Assembly: GCA_905178155.1 (NCBI GenBank) | Contig: CAJINV010000004.1 | Coordinates: 4,768,518-4,832,517, forward strand | Reading direction: 5' to 3' | Length of the DNA stretch: 64,000 nucleotides | Source of the DNA: Amoebophrya sp. A120 | Taxonomy: Eukaryota > Protista > Dinoflagellata | In this document: positions 12,101-23,211 of the stretch, piece by piece | Layout: each line of letters opens with the position of its first letter | How positions within the stretch are numbered: the first letter of the stretch is position 1 | Program-made: the position numbers and the translations under genes | Notes under the pieces: model-generated | What the model saw: the letters and a program-made list of their open reading frames with translations, nothing else | Told to the model about the DNA's origin: nothing | The model's database searches: none

Positions 12101-13848
12101 GGAGCTTCCTCGGCGGATGAAACGAGTGGTGCAGCAGCGACAGCTGTGGCACGACGAGCAGAAGGTGACCACAACGTCGTCGCAGCTGCTACCGAGCAGC
12201 AACGCCCGCACAGCCGGCCGCCGTCGAATGCGCTGCTGCAGGACGACAACGAACTCAGTCGGATTTCGGTGCTGGAAGAGGTACTTGTGATTCATGTCTT
12301 TGAGGAAGGCTTGCAATGGACAGAAGCAGAACGACTGTGAAAGGAAAAAAAATGTTGACATGCTACTAACTTAACAAGCAAGTTGTAGAGAAACAGAAAA
12401 ACAAAAACTTTCATTTGTTCCATCATTGATTCGTTGGTGCTTAGTACGTTTAAGTTGTGGCTCGACATAAAAACCCAACTCGCAAACAATCCTCCTTCAC
12501 ATGGTAATGGTTCATCTCCCGGACCACAGGTATCTGTTGACCAAGGACGGGCGGACCGGGCTCAATTCCCACTGTCCGACTACCTGCGCACTCCGGTGCA
12601 AACGGGTGTAGACCCGGATAGCAGTTTTTTCTCTACTGCGGAAAACAACAAGCGCCATGAGAGCCGGATATTCAGCACGCGGCGACGAAATAGCTCGAGA
12701 AACACAAACAGCCAGCGTTTAGTAGCCACCGGCGCGTCGGGAAGTAGAGTATCGGCAGGAGCTGGGGCAGCAACAGCGCGAATTTCCACTGGAGGTGGTC
12801 CCCCTGGTGTACTAGATGAAAACGAGAGCAGCAGCCGGTTGAACACTAGTACGACCAGTCCGCCGCCTATGCGCAAGCCCAGCGCGCTGCACAATTCGTC
12901 TTCCTCCAAGAGCCTGATGCCGCCGCCGCCGAAGCGCAAGCCGGAAAGTTTGCAGCTCGTGCCGGGCAGCGAAGAAAAGCTGAACCGCACCGGTGGCGAG
13001 GATATTCCCTGAAAATTAATCACTCCCATCCAATTTGTCATGCAAAACATGTAGCAAAAGCTGTGGCTGTCTTGCAAAAAGTGTAAGGGGATGGCTAATT
13101 TAGAGGGAATAGAGGACATCCGGCAAATAGCGGATGCGGTGCTCCGCGAACATGGTATGCTTGGAGGAGCAAATAGTACGAATCAGGAAAACCAATACCA
13201 AAACAACGGTAAAAATATTTCTTCTAGGCTGTCGTCCTCCTCCAGCCGGCAGAGCGGTAATTACATGATCAAAAACCGCGTTTCAACCTCTTCAACTGGC
13301 GGCGGACCAGCTGGTTTTCCACAACATCTCACGAGCGGACCACCACCCGCGGGTCCGCCGCGTTTGAGCACACGTAGTTCCGCGAGTTTGCACCGAAAAA
13401 GCGTGAACACACCCAATTCGAAATCGATGAACAGAAACAAATCGATTTCCTCTGGCTCCCCAGGACGGGGTGGGGCACTTTCTGACAACTCCTCCGCAAC
13501 TACGCCCGATCTGGAGAGAGGGGCAAACTTTTCCTCGAGAAGAAAGGCCCCTTTGGACACGGGACTGAACAAACGGATGACGGTGACATCGCAGGATGGA
13601 AGTTGTCCGGATGAAAATGCAGCGGGTTTTTGTGAGGAGGAATTTGGTGAGTCCGAAATTCTAGGCGGCAGAAACCACATCAACCACGTGCCGAGGCAGC
13701 GGATACCAACGACAGTACTTTTGTTTTTAGGCTTGTTGCTTTTTCTTTTCATTGGGAAAAATTGAAAGTGCGGGACTGTTTTGGTTTTACAAAACTGCAT
13801 TAAGTTTTGTTGTAGCCACCTGCAAGTTCTTTCATCAGTCGAGATTGA
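187..13848 (+). CDS. Giant multi-exon protein (5' end outside the window, ~3,400 aa here): FHA-like domain resembling the kinesin-3 (KIF1/13/28-type) FHA region, then a long low-complexity tail
   Basis: ORF pieces 460, 1083, 2260, 3688, 4572, 6302, 9579, 11741, 12434 and 13091 join in frame using GT-AG introns (249-481, 792-1039, 1307-1496, 3110-3721, 12281-12529, probably 13715-13815) and 9 TIR inserts. LYMRNLHREEHLSSLL..SVGG..NDLVLCG..VNG..EPILVYVGDQIQL..YFFEF resembles kinesin-3 FHA by eye. The last exon is uncertain. Confidence 0.6.
1712..1995. mobile_element. Introner-like element, family H (284 bp), TSD TCCGC
   Basis: TIR TATCCTGAGTAAAAACGTACCCACACCA / TGGTGTGGGGACGTTTTCACTCAGGATA. Removing 289 bp restores frame. 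Confidence 0.9.
2043..2156. mobile_element. Introner-like element, family A (114 bp), TSD GCTGT
   Basis: TIR TATCCAGGAAAAAA..ATCCACATCCAATTT / AAATTGGATGTGGAT..TTTTTTCTGGGGATA. Removing 119 bp restores frame. Confidence 0.9.
4338..4649. mobile_element. Introner-like element, family B (312 bp), TSD GGGGC
   Basis: ~55-bp imperfect TIR (GTCAGGATTGAAATCGTCAAAGTTGAAAT). Removing 317 bp joins ..VSIGA|GTAVNS. Homologous to 49673-49984. Confidence 0.92.
6168..6371. mobile_element. Introner-like element, family E (204 bp), TSD CACAG/TGCAG
   Basis: TIR TATGACGAGAAAAAAGTGTTACA..AGTTACACATT / AATGTGTAACTGTAGCACTTTTTTCTTGCGATA. Removing 209 bp restores frame. Confidence 0.85.
9225..9391. mobile_element. 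Introner-like element, family D (167 bp), TSD GCAGA
   Basis: 30-bp TIR TATCACAGGAAAAAGTGTTAACGTTAACGG with 1 mismatch. Close copy at 27383-27555. Confidence 0.95.
9450..9558. mobile_element. Introner-like element, family A (109 bp), TSD CCTCT/CTTCT
   Basis: Perfect 30-bp TIR TATTCCCTGAAAATTAACCATCCCCATCCA. Close copy at 13003-13111. Confidence 0.95.
11551..11659. mobile_element. Introner-like element, family A (109 bp), opposite orientation, TSD TCCTC
   Basis: TIR TATCCACAGAAAAAAACCCA / TGGGTTTTTTTCTGTGGATA. The interior is reverse-complementary to that of 2043-2156. Confidence 0.93.
11706..11921. mobile_element. Introner-like element, family E (216 bp), TSD ACAGC
   Basis: TIR TATCCAAGAAAAAAACTGTG..AGTGTAACT / AGTTACACT..CACAGTTTTTTTCTTGCATA. 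Frame restored. Confidence 0.92.
13003..13111. mobile_element. Introner-like element, family A (109 bp), TSD GAGGA
   Basis: Starts TATTCCCTGAAAATTAA, ends TAATTTAGAGGGAATA. Removing 114 bp joins TGGED|IRQIA. Confidence 0.93.
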
Positions 13849-15286
13849 AAGAGGTGAAATAACGCTGCATCAAATGATTAACTCTAATATCACCAGCCAC
13901 CGAACGAAGAAGACATCAGGCCGGACGGGGCCGCTCCTGGCTCCCCCGAGCATTCGCATGATGATGGGCGGCCTTTCAGCAGTGTCCGGACGAGTATGGG
14001 GACCTTCTCACTAACGAAGTACAACCAACAGAACCTCCGCGGTAACTTCACGACGCATCATTTGTGAGCACAAGTACCGCGAAACGACCTCCTCCAAAGT
14101 CCTTGCTTTTCAGCGTTATGCAAAATGTAAATGTATGTATGAAGATCTAGATCTTTTTCTTTTTCAGGTAGCAATGTATACCTTCTTCGCTTATTTAGAA
14201 CTTCATGTCCAGTTGTCCCTTTGCGCAAATTTTCAATGCCACACCGCTAGATCCAATCGAGCTGACGTTATCGATGTCGCCTCACGACACCGAAGGCGCA
14301 TCAGCGTCTCACGATGGTTCATTCAAAATTAAAATTTTATTTCTCTTAGCTCTACCTCCACGGTTGCTAGCTTCATCGGAGCTTACTACATAATGGTATG
14401 CGACGGGTTTTCGCCCGCTCACCGTCACCTTCAAACACAGGCGGGTGTGCAAGTCTCATCGTCTTTCACATTCTTGCAGAACTACAAGAAGTTGCACGCG
14501 ATCTGGATCTCTGTAACTTTAGGGCATGGATCCTCGTCCAGGGCACGGAAACAGAAGCGCTATATTTTCCGACATGCGTGCTTCACGTGTCCAAGGCCCG
14601 GAAGAAGTCCTTTTTCGTCTAGCTTCACCTTTTTGAGCAACATCACTTGTGCTGTAGTATGTGCTGAACATCATCAATGCAAATGCATGATTGAAATGAA
14701 AGTTTTCAGAATGAACGTTGAAGCGGAAAACTGACCTGCTACTTCGGCACTACATTGTCTGCTGCAGTCCTCATCCTAAAAGGTACATTGCCTTGGAGGC
14801 GAAGCAGGCACGCTGTAGTGTATTCTACGTCGGTTTTGTTTCCTTCGTCTTCTATCTTGGTGAATGTGAAAAAGTAGACCTCGTGTGGAATACTTCACCT
14901 CCTAAAGAAGCACTACAGTCGGGCACAACAATGTTTTGGCTCGTAACAATTCTGGCGCCCGCACGGGAGAACGGCTGTGGGATCAAGGTCAAGGAGATCT
15001 TCAATTGAGGGCTTGAAGAGTGAGAGACCACGATACGGATGTCTACTTCTTGAGCGAGCTGGCGGAGCGGATAGGCACTCAAGACTGCGGTAATCCACGA
15101 CGAGCACCATATCCATAACGTATAATTTCACAACTAGCACTAGCAATTCGGCGAAGGCCGACGTGGCCGCCACCGTGGGCAAGAATTGGATAGTGTGAAT
15201 TTTCCAAGAATTATTGCAATTGAGTCTTTTGCGCGCCTGGCACATCTTCGAGCGTTTTATTCACCTTTGAAGTTGTTGTGACCACC

Positions 15287-18200
15287 ATGTCACAGCCGCC
15301 CGACGATGTCCCCGACTTTTTCGGTAGCGGTGGTGCCGATCCTTTCGCCCAGAACAATCCAAGCGCCGCCCCGGCTGCAGCTCAACAGCCCTCTTCCTCT
15401 CCGTTCGGAGCAGCCCCTGCACCAGACGCGGCACCACCCGCGCCCACGCCCTTCGGGCAACTACCCCAGCAGGGTGGCTCTGCACCATCTTCGGGGGCAC
15501 CACCCGCGCCCACGCCCTTCGGTCAGCAGCAACCAGCACCGGCTAGTACCCCCTTCGGCCAGCAACCACCAGATCCGAATAATTATGCAGGAACGCCGTT
15601 TGGCCAAGGTACTACTACCGGCGGCGGCTCGATGCCGTCTTCAACACAAGCCGGAGGTCCAACATCTGGCGAGCCAGGTGGTTTTCCAGCGAGCAGCATT
15701 ATGCAGTCGGACGACCCGGTGTTTGCTGGTTCGGGGATCGGATCCGGCTCGTGGACAGATTCGGCTAGTCAAAACCAAGCGACCAAACCGCCGGTGATCG
15801 AACACGGGCACCTGTCCGCGGACGACGGCTCTGGACAGGACATACTGGCGCAGAAACCCAGGCTCTCGCTCTACACTAGATTCCAAATGTTCTGGGACCC
15901 TCTACTCGTGTTCAAAAGAATACTCTACACCAAACCGAGTTTCCGGAACCCGCAAGCGCTGCCGAACGACTTCTTGCAGACGAAAATGGTGAAGTTGCGG
16001 CTGCATCGGGTCGACAAGGTGCAAGAGTCCAAAACCGCTCAGCAGGCGAAGCAGTCCACCAGGCCCTTCATCCGGGTGCACGTTTTGGACCTGCAAAACG
16101 GCGGGAAGTGGTTGCAAAAGCCCCCGGGCATGGAGGTCTTCACCTACCCCTGCAGACAAGTCTCTAGTGGCGCTGGTGGATCCTCCTCTTCGGGCAGCGC
16201 GGTGAAGCCCCGACCGCAAAGAACAACACCAGCAGCGTCCCCGGCAGGGACGGCAGAATCAGGTGGAGGAGGGGACTTGAAAGACGGTGGTCCACCAGTG
16301 CCGCCGCCAGACCTGTATTTCTACTTGTTTTTGCGTAGAATGAAGTGATGATGATCCACCATCCATCGGAAATAGTACTACACATGATGCATAGCGCCGC
16401 AGGAGGAGCATGATGTTGGTGCAACGCCACACGATCACTCAGATAGAAGCCTCACTCAGGAATTCAGCTTATTTCATGTATTTCATCTGTATCACCCTGA
16501 TCTCAACAGGTACCTCCCCGCGAATGACGAGCAGCCGCTGTCTGCTGCCAGTCAGCGACAAGTGACTTTCGTGCGCCCCTTCGACACGCCCGACTGTCCG
16601 GGGATCCAGTATGGCGTTCTCAAACGTTACATTGTCAACCGGCGTTAAATGAGTTAGAGTTTGTAATGCAAGAATGGCAAAAATGCAATGGTGAAGATGG
16701 CGCCTTTTGCATTACAGCTTCGGCACAGATTTTGATGCTGTTTAGCCCTTTGGAAATTTGTCATGCGAAGCAGGTTGATGATAGTGATACTGATGAGAGT
16801 TTTGCATGGCAAATCATGTAACAGCTGGGAGTGTAACAGTTGAGAACGCCATATCCAGTCGCGCAGCAAGAAGAACGCCTTCAATTTCAACAACAAGCGG
16901 TCCTGGGATTTTGTCTTCCAGTGTCCCGCGAACTATTTGGTAAATCCCAACGTCCTGATCGTCTTGGAGATCCTCGAGAAACCCAAAACGAGTAGCAAAG
17001 CCGGCGGTGCGTCCCGAGGGCCGGTAACGAAGATGAGCTGGGGCTATTTGCGGTTGGACCAGTTGTACGCGAATGGGGTGGATTTACCCTGGGAACTGAA
17101 CACCAGCCCCTTCACGGCCACGGGGGCGAGCGGGTTGGGCGTGTTTTCGCAAATCACCAGTCCGGTGAACCCGCGGTTTAATGGCGTGTGGCTACAATTG
17201 CACGAGTACAAGTACACGAAAGAGAAGGCGCACGTGTGCGAGGACTTGCAGACGCCCATGGTGTTTCACGAGCTGCAGGATCTGCGGAAGATAAAAAGAA
17301 GTTGTTTGCTGGTGTCCGCGCAGTTGATCCCCGCCGTGCAGAGTTCCTTCTTCCAGCAGGTGATCTCCGATTCGAGGTCAGCCCGGGCGGATCTTGCCGC
17401 TGGCTACGGAACCGCAGTGGTATAGGAAAGATTTTACTGATGCAGAGCTCGAGGTCTGATTCGACAGTTACAGAAGTTTCGTCTACTGATTCTCTGATTC
17501 ATTCAGTTTGGAATTGCATAATTTGCAAGTGTTGTAAGTAGTTGTCAGCTCCCAAAACCCTAATTGGTGACATGAGTGAACGTATGTTGTAGATGAATGA
17601 GTAATTGTTCTCGTCCCCAGGAGCGCAGCGCGGTGGACCAGGACGAGATGGCCAGCGAGGCGGAGGAGATGACCCTCTACCGCCAGAGCCAAATTCTCCA
17701 GTCCCAGCGCACGAAGATTCCGCTCCCGGAAGACTTCGCCTACCAACTCCCCTCCGACGGCCGGGGGTGCCACCGGGTGTGCTTTTCGCCCAAAACCTCG
17801 AGGTTTCTTGCCTGTGCAGTGGAGCTCAACGACGAAACCTTCGAGCTCCGCGTCTTCGACCTGGCGAAAGCGCAAGTGCACTGCGTGTGCCAGGGACACC
17901 GCGAGTTGGTGTACGACTTGTCCTGGGTCACGCTACCCTCAACTTCTGGCGGGGCCTCAGCAGGAGGAGGTCCGTCGCAAGGAGGAGACGGAGGGGCAGG
18001 TGGTGGTGCGCAGCCAGGATCAACGTCAAATTTACCCGGCCAGCAAGACAGCGGGGGTCCATCCTCGCGGGCGTCTTTGAAGGCGCCGGCGCCCGACCAG
18101 AATACGGACGACCTTCCCGGGCAACTGGTGTCCGCCAGCAGCGATGGCACGGTGATGGTGTTCGAGATCCCGGAGGAGCGGGAGTGGCGCACCGCCATCG

Positions 18201-20567
18201 CGGCCTCGGAAACGCTGTACCATCCAAGTTACTGCTACACGGTGCGGCCCTTCGACACCGCGAGTACGGTCGACCGGTTCTTCCTGCTAGTCGGGGGGCA
18301 CACGTTCGGTCTGAAGGTCTGGAAGATCGACCGGAGGAACTTGAACCAGCCCATCGGGGACGGAGGTCGGGAAACCGTGCAGAGTACTACCGAAGAGGGT
18401 GGAGGGCAAGGCGGCGATCAAGAACCGGTGCCGGAGGACTGGCGCATTACGCATTGCAAATACGTCTCGGTCTGGAAATTTGTGATGCTAAAATATGCAT
18501 GATGAAAACGCTCCCTTATGCAGGAATAAAGCATGACATGTTTGCAGCACGCTTTCTCATACGAACTCCGCATGAGAAGCTGCGTTTTTGTCTGACATGA
18601 GAGGCTGCCACTTTTGTTCGGTGATGCAATAGAGATTTCACAGGAATGCAAGACCAGCATTACATACAAGTTTCAACTTTCCAGAACGAGACACATTTGC
18701 GTTCGATACTCATTGTGCAGAGCCAAATCGTAGGGGAGTTCGTCATGGACGATCGAAGTCACATCACCTGCTTGAGGTAAGGAAAAGGTTCACCATTGTC
18801 GTAAATGACAAAAATGATGAACGTTGCCAAGTAGAACCTTCACTGACACCAGCACAAGTTTCTCACCTATGTTACTTAGGCGCGCTGCACCCCCTCGTTA
18901 GTTTGGTGACTAAGTAGTAACGTACTGCGTCGAAGAGCAGAGGGATAGATGGTGTTTCGGTTTCGCACCTAGAGCTGACGAAGACCTGTGTAGTTTCCAT
19001 TCAATGACAATAGCAATACATTACTCAGGTTTAGCCAGGGCAGTAAGCAAGACTTGGTCTACACCGCCCACAGCGTGGGGTACATAACCGCATGGAGGTG
19101 CTCAGTTGGAGGCGGAGGTACTTGTTATACTACAGTGAAATACGCTCCAACATGTACATGTTGCTATTTCTCGTTTTTGCGTTTCTAGCCTTGCGGCGCT
19201 GATTCAAAGTTATCCTCATTTTGACAACCATTATCGGAACGTGTACGTCGTGACAAATGATATTAGGACTCAAACTCGAATTTTACACAGCCGGCCCCGC
19301 CTCCGCCGGCGGTCCCGGTGGCGAGGGTATCAGATTGGAAAAAGTGGGGATCTACAAGTCGAGCGAAATGCTCGGTCTTTTCTTCTACAACATCGAGATA
19401 GTCACCGAGCAACTGCAGATCGGCAAGGTTTTTGGCGGCGCGACGCTCACGAACGCGGACGACTGGGTCGTGCTGAATGCGAAAGATAACTTGATTCGTA
19501 TTGATATAGTAGAGAGGGATTCTGGCTACTTTCATTTCAAAGACAAAATGCGACGGCTTGGTCATGTCCGCAGCATTTGACTCTTCCAAGCGCCGCCGCG
19601 CCCTACTTTGCTTGACGAGACTACTTCTACGGTACCGTCATGTTGAGAATGAAACTTAAAATCAGGTCTGTGCGCCCTGCAGAACAACTCGGTGCGCGTG
19701 TTCACGGAGATCAGTGGAACCAGCAACAGCAAGTTTCCGATCCGCTCCACGATCGCCCCGGACGGGAAGACGATCGTTAGTGGGTGCGAATCCGGCCGGC
19801 TGTTTTTCTTCAACACCGCTTCGGGCAAGCACGTGGTGGACTGGGAGGCGCAGATTCCCGTGCAACTCTCGAGCCCCATTGTGGACGTCCAGTGGTCGCG
19901 GACGCACCATTTGCTGGCGTTCTCGGCATTCGGAGACGAGGAACCACCGATACTGGTATAGTTGAAGGGGATCTTTTCTGATTGTGTGATGAAAAGAATA
20001 CGGAGAAGATTGTTTTTTTGCAATGTCTAGTAGTACCTGCTGCTTTTCATTGCGCAACATCAAGAAGACTGACAACCACGTAAGTAGAGATGAACTCTGA
20101 TGAGCGAACACGAATGCATCTACTTCCTTCCAGGTGTATCGCCACGTGAACGCGGCTGGAGCCGGCACTTCCGGCGGCGGTGGCGGTCAAGCGCAGCTCA
20201 AAGCGCCTATGTCCACCCACCACCACGACATGCACAACGCCAGCCTGGGCGACTGGTCTTCCAAGTGGATGTCGCACGGACACCCGACCGGCGGTGTCCT
20301 CGGCCACGACAAGAAGGGCGATATGCTGTGCAAAAGTATCGTACTCGTAGTAATCGCAGTCTTGCATTACAAATCTGATTCCCAAGAAGGTAAATCAGTA
20401 TCAGAAATTCCATTTCTCATGCTGAGGACGTTTCTCATGCGATTTCTACTAGTACGATGCTGTTGCAATGCATAGGCGATTTGAAGATGCAAATCCTGGC
20501 CCAGGTCATGGACTCTCGGAAACACGCACAGATTTTGGAGGGCGTGGAAAAATCCAAAAACGGATGA
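15287..20567 (+). CDS. AHI1: Jouberin/AHI1-like ciliary transition-zone protein (C2-like domain + WD40 repeats)
   Basis: Motifs match AHI1 in order: LRLHRVD..RPFIRVHVLDLQNG, VLIVLEILE..KMSWGYLRL, GRGCHRVCFS, GHRELVYDLSW, LVSASSDGT, LYHPSYCY, IRSTIAPDGKTIVSGCESG, LLAFSAFGDEEPPILVY. GT-AG introns at 16315-16509, 17420-17620, 18777-19028, 19118-19290, 19498-19665 and 19956-20133, plus 3 TIR inserts. Confidence 0.85.
16610..16853. mobile_element. Introner-like element, family F (244 bp), TSD TCCAG
   Basis: TIR TATGGCGTTCTCAAACGTTACA / TGTAACAGTTGAGAACGCCATA. Inside AHI1. Homologous to 51468-51731. Confidence 0.93.
18448..18708. mobile_element. Introner-like element, family G (261 bp), TSD CGCAT/CTCAT
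   Basis: TIR TACGCATTGCAAATACGTCTCGGTCTGGAAA / TTTCCAGAACGAGACACATTTGCGTTCGATA. Joins EDWRI|VQSQ. Confidence 0.82.
20322..20474. mobile_element. Introner-like element, family C (153 bp), TSD GGCGA
   Basis: TIR TATGCTGTGCAAAAGTATCGTACTCGTAG / CTACTAGTACGATGCTGTTGCAATGCATA. Confidence 0.92.
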
Positions 20568-21039
20568 GAGAGGTGCGGTGGCGCTTGCGGTGCAAGTCTT
20601 CGTCCTTACTGAAGGTTTTGCAATGTTGTGCGGAGTGTAGAAGTATCTATGATAAAGAAAAGTACATTATTTTGCGTATCGAACATTTTTCTTTACCACT
20701 TGCGGTTCCAATCGAAATAAGCGTGACTTATCCTTCAAGATTTTGCGTGCAGCTACAGCCACAGCGTAGCTTCGAAAAGGGAATGGAGTACTTGATGAAT
20801 CAAAGATATAGCACTTGCGCTGGACGACCTATTGCTCTTTTACAGCGCCAGGATCTCGAATTTTAACATCAGGAGTCGGTCGATAACTCGCGCGCACTCC
20901 TTTCGTGAGGAGCCCGGACTCTGCAGCCTTTTCAGACTCGACACGGTAAGGCTGCGAAAGAACGAGGAAGATTTCTTGACTCAAAAAATTGAATGAGACG
21001 TGTTCATCTACAGAAAATCCCTCAGCGTTCAGGCTGACT

Positions 21040-22560
21040 CGCCCAAAGCACGCCCCGACACATTGGCGACCGGCCTAGCGTTTATGCTTGCCGCGATAAA
21101 TTTTGCGAGCCAGAGGCCCGGGCGCGCTGGCTTTCAGCGGATGGGGCGGAGGCAGGGAGCTGCTTGGCTTTACGCCGGCCGTGGCAAGTTCGATCAGTGC
21201 GGCGGCTGCCGTGTGCTTACATACTCGGGGGACGGTTCTGCTGGTTGGTGGAGGGTGGGCAGCCCGGAACCCGGAAGACGGCGGGGCCGGCTTCCATCTG
21301 CCTCCCAGGGCGACCCGCGCCCGATTTGGGCCGGATCAGATCGGTTGCAGCGCCGCCCCCGCCGCGGGCGCTTCTCCTACTTCCTCTCTCCTGGCCCTTG
21401 CCGTTAGAACTGTATTGGGCGGCGAAAGGTCGATCGCCGATCGGGGCGGACGCAGTCGCAGGATGTTGCCGGTGGGGTGTTGGACGGGCGCCCCCTGCTT
21501 GTCGACGGTTCGCAGAGGGGCGATGCGCCGGGGGATTGGGGCCTCGCTCGCCCTGGAGCGAGTGAGTGTGGTGGGCCTGGCAGGCGTGCCAAGTGTGTGT
21601 GGGCGGCCTGGTGCATTGTTGATTGGGACCGGCCTCGGCCCGGGGCGGGGGGGATGGAACCTTGCCCCCCCGGCCCGCGCGCCCGACCGGGCGGGGATTT
21701 CCAAGCGGGGCCGTTCTGTCTTGCGCCGGGCGGCCGGCGCGCCCGCGCCCCGGGCCCGCCGCCCGGGGGGCGGGACTCTGCCTGCCGGGCCGGCATTTGC
21801 CGGGCGACCTCGCTGCCGGGCGCGCGATGGGGCGCCGGCTGGCGGGAGCCATGCGCGCACTGTCTCGCAGAGCGCCCCTGCGCTTCGGCGCCCGCGGCGC
21901 ATGGATGTTCGCAGCCCCCGCGCCCGGCCAAGGCCCTCGCCAGCACGCAGTCGCGGCCGGCGGGCGCCCCCCGCGACCCCGCCCCCGGCTGGGTTGATTT
22001 CGTTCGGATGGGGGGCTCGGGGGGCGTCGGGGCCCGGGCCCAATTTCGCGGCGGAATCGGTCGCGACATGTTCACGCTCCCCCAAGAGTGTGGTCGCCTG
22101 ATGGGCCCAGAGTCCTCCGGGCGTCGGGGTTGAGGTGTTCGATGGATTTCTTCCGGGCCCCCGCGCGCTCTTTCACCTGCAGGAACCAGCCCCCCCCCGC
22201 CCCCCGCCCGGTTGCAAGGCGCCCGGGCCCCCTCGCGCGTGGGGTAGTCTCGGGGCCGCCGCAGTTCCTGGCAAGCAACCAGGCGCGTTCTGCTGGCCGC
22301 CCCCCTATTTTCGGACGAACGCGCCTTCGTCCCGCCCGCCGGCCTTGTCTGTGGTCGTGCCGGCCCCTTCTCTGCTTGCTCCGCACGCACGCACGCACGC
22401 CCCCGGAGGTGCCCCTCCGTCCCCGAGCGCGGACTCTGTAGCCCAGTGAAGGAGGCTGCGCGACCTGCCGGCGCCGCGGTGTGGGCCGGCGCCGGGCGTC
22501 CGGGATGTATGTTTCTTCAATGTCTGTGGCGCGCCATGGGGTTATGCGCCGCCGGCCCGG
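21040..22560. other. Extremely GC-rich intergenic island, non-coding or a decayed element
   Basis: Visually ~75-85% GC against ~40-60% in the flanks. Only overlapping Arg/Pro/Gly/Ala junk ORFs. Boundaries approximate. Confidence 0.7.
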
Positions 22561-23211
22561 AATGTTTGTTGCGATTCTTTCTAGACATTGACATACTAGA
22601 TTGATAGCGTATCTAGTGTTGGACGCTTCTAGGTCCGAGAAAGTTTCGGCCGCTCGTGTTGCGGTCTGTCGCCGTCCTCATGGGGAGGTGCAACTAAGCC
22701 TCGGCAGTGCCATGCTTGCCCTCCTTTGGCGTGGCGATCGCGTGCGCCTAGTCGGCCCATGGCGACTCTACTTGAATGAGCCGGCTTTTAGACGGGCATG
22801 GACGCAGCGGAAGCACAAGGAGACAGCATGCAGAAGTGCTCCGGCTCGGCTCAGGGTCAATTGTTCTTGTGGGAGGGGTGCGCATTTTGACGGGTGTCTC
22901 TCTTGTGCCTGAGATTGTTGGTTGGTACGATAAGCAAGAGTGAGTGAGAGCCCGACGCTTCGCTCCTGATGATGAGCGTCAAACTTGCTGGGTCGGCCAA
23001 AGTGTTGCAATTTTGTCCTTTCTTGCCGGGCATAGGAATGATTCTGGCAAGTGTGGTAGACCAAACCGTCAAAGGCAGAGCAGGTTGTCTCTGAACGTCT
23101 TGCGAACTGTGTAGTGTGAAGTGTTTCCGTTTTGGTGAAGCAGATGGAGGTATACTCCCACAAGGAGACTGTTGTCACAAGGTAATAAAGTTGGAGCAGA
23201 CGGCGCAAAAA

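Noticed and set aside
9225-13111. Repeated palindromic units as a CRISPR array or bacterial REP/terminator elements
   Set aside because: Dispersed, family-specific, TSD-flanked and inside eukaryotic spliced genes. No repeat-spacer periodicity and no cas genes.
14014-15280. Short ORFs between the giant gene and AHI1, and likewise in 32020-34920
   Set aside because: No coherent splice or frame structure and no domain. Treated as UTR or intergenic.
21000-22520. Many long overlapping ORFs on both strands (up to 332 aa)
   Set aside because: Expected from stop-codon scarcity in ~80% GC DNA. R/P/G/A-rich with no recognisable domain.
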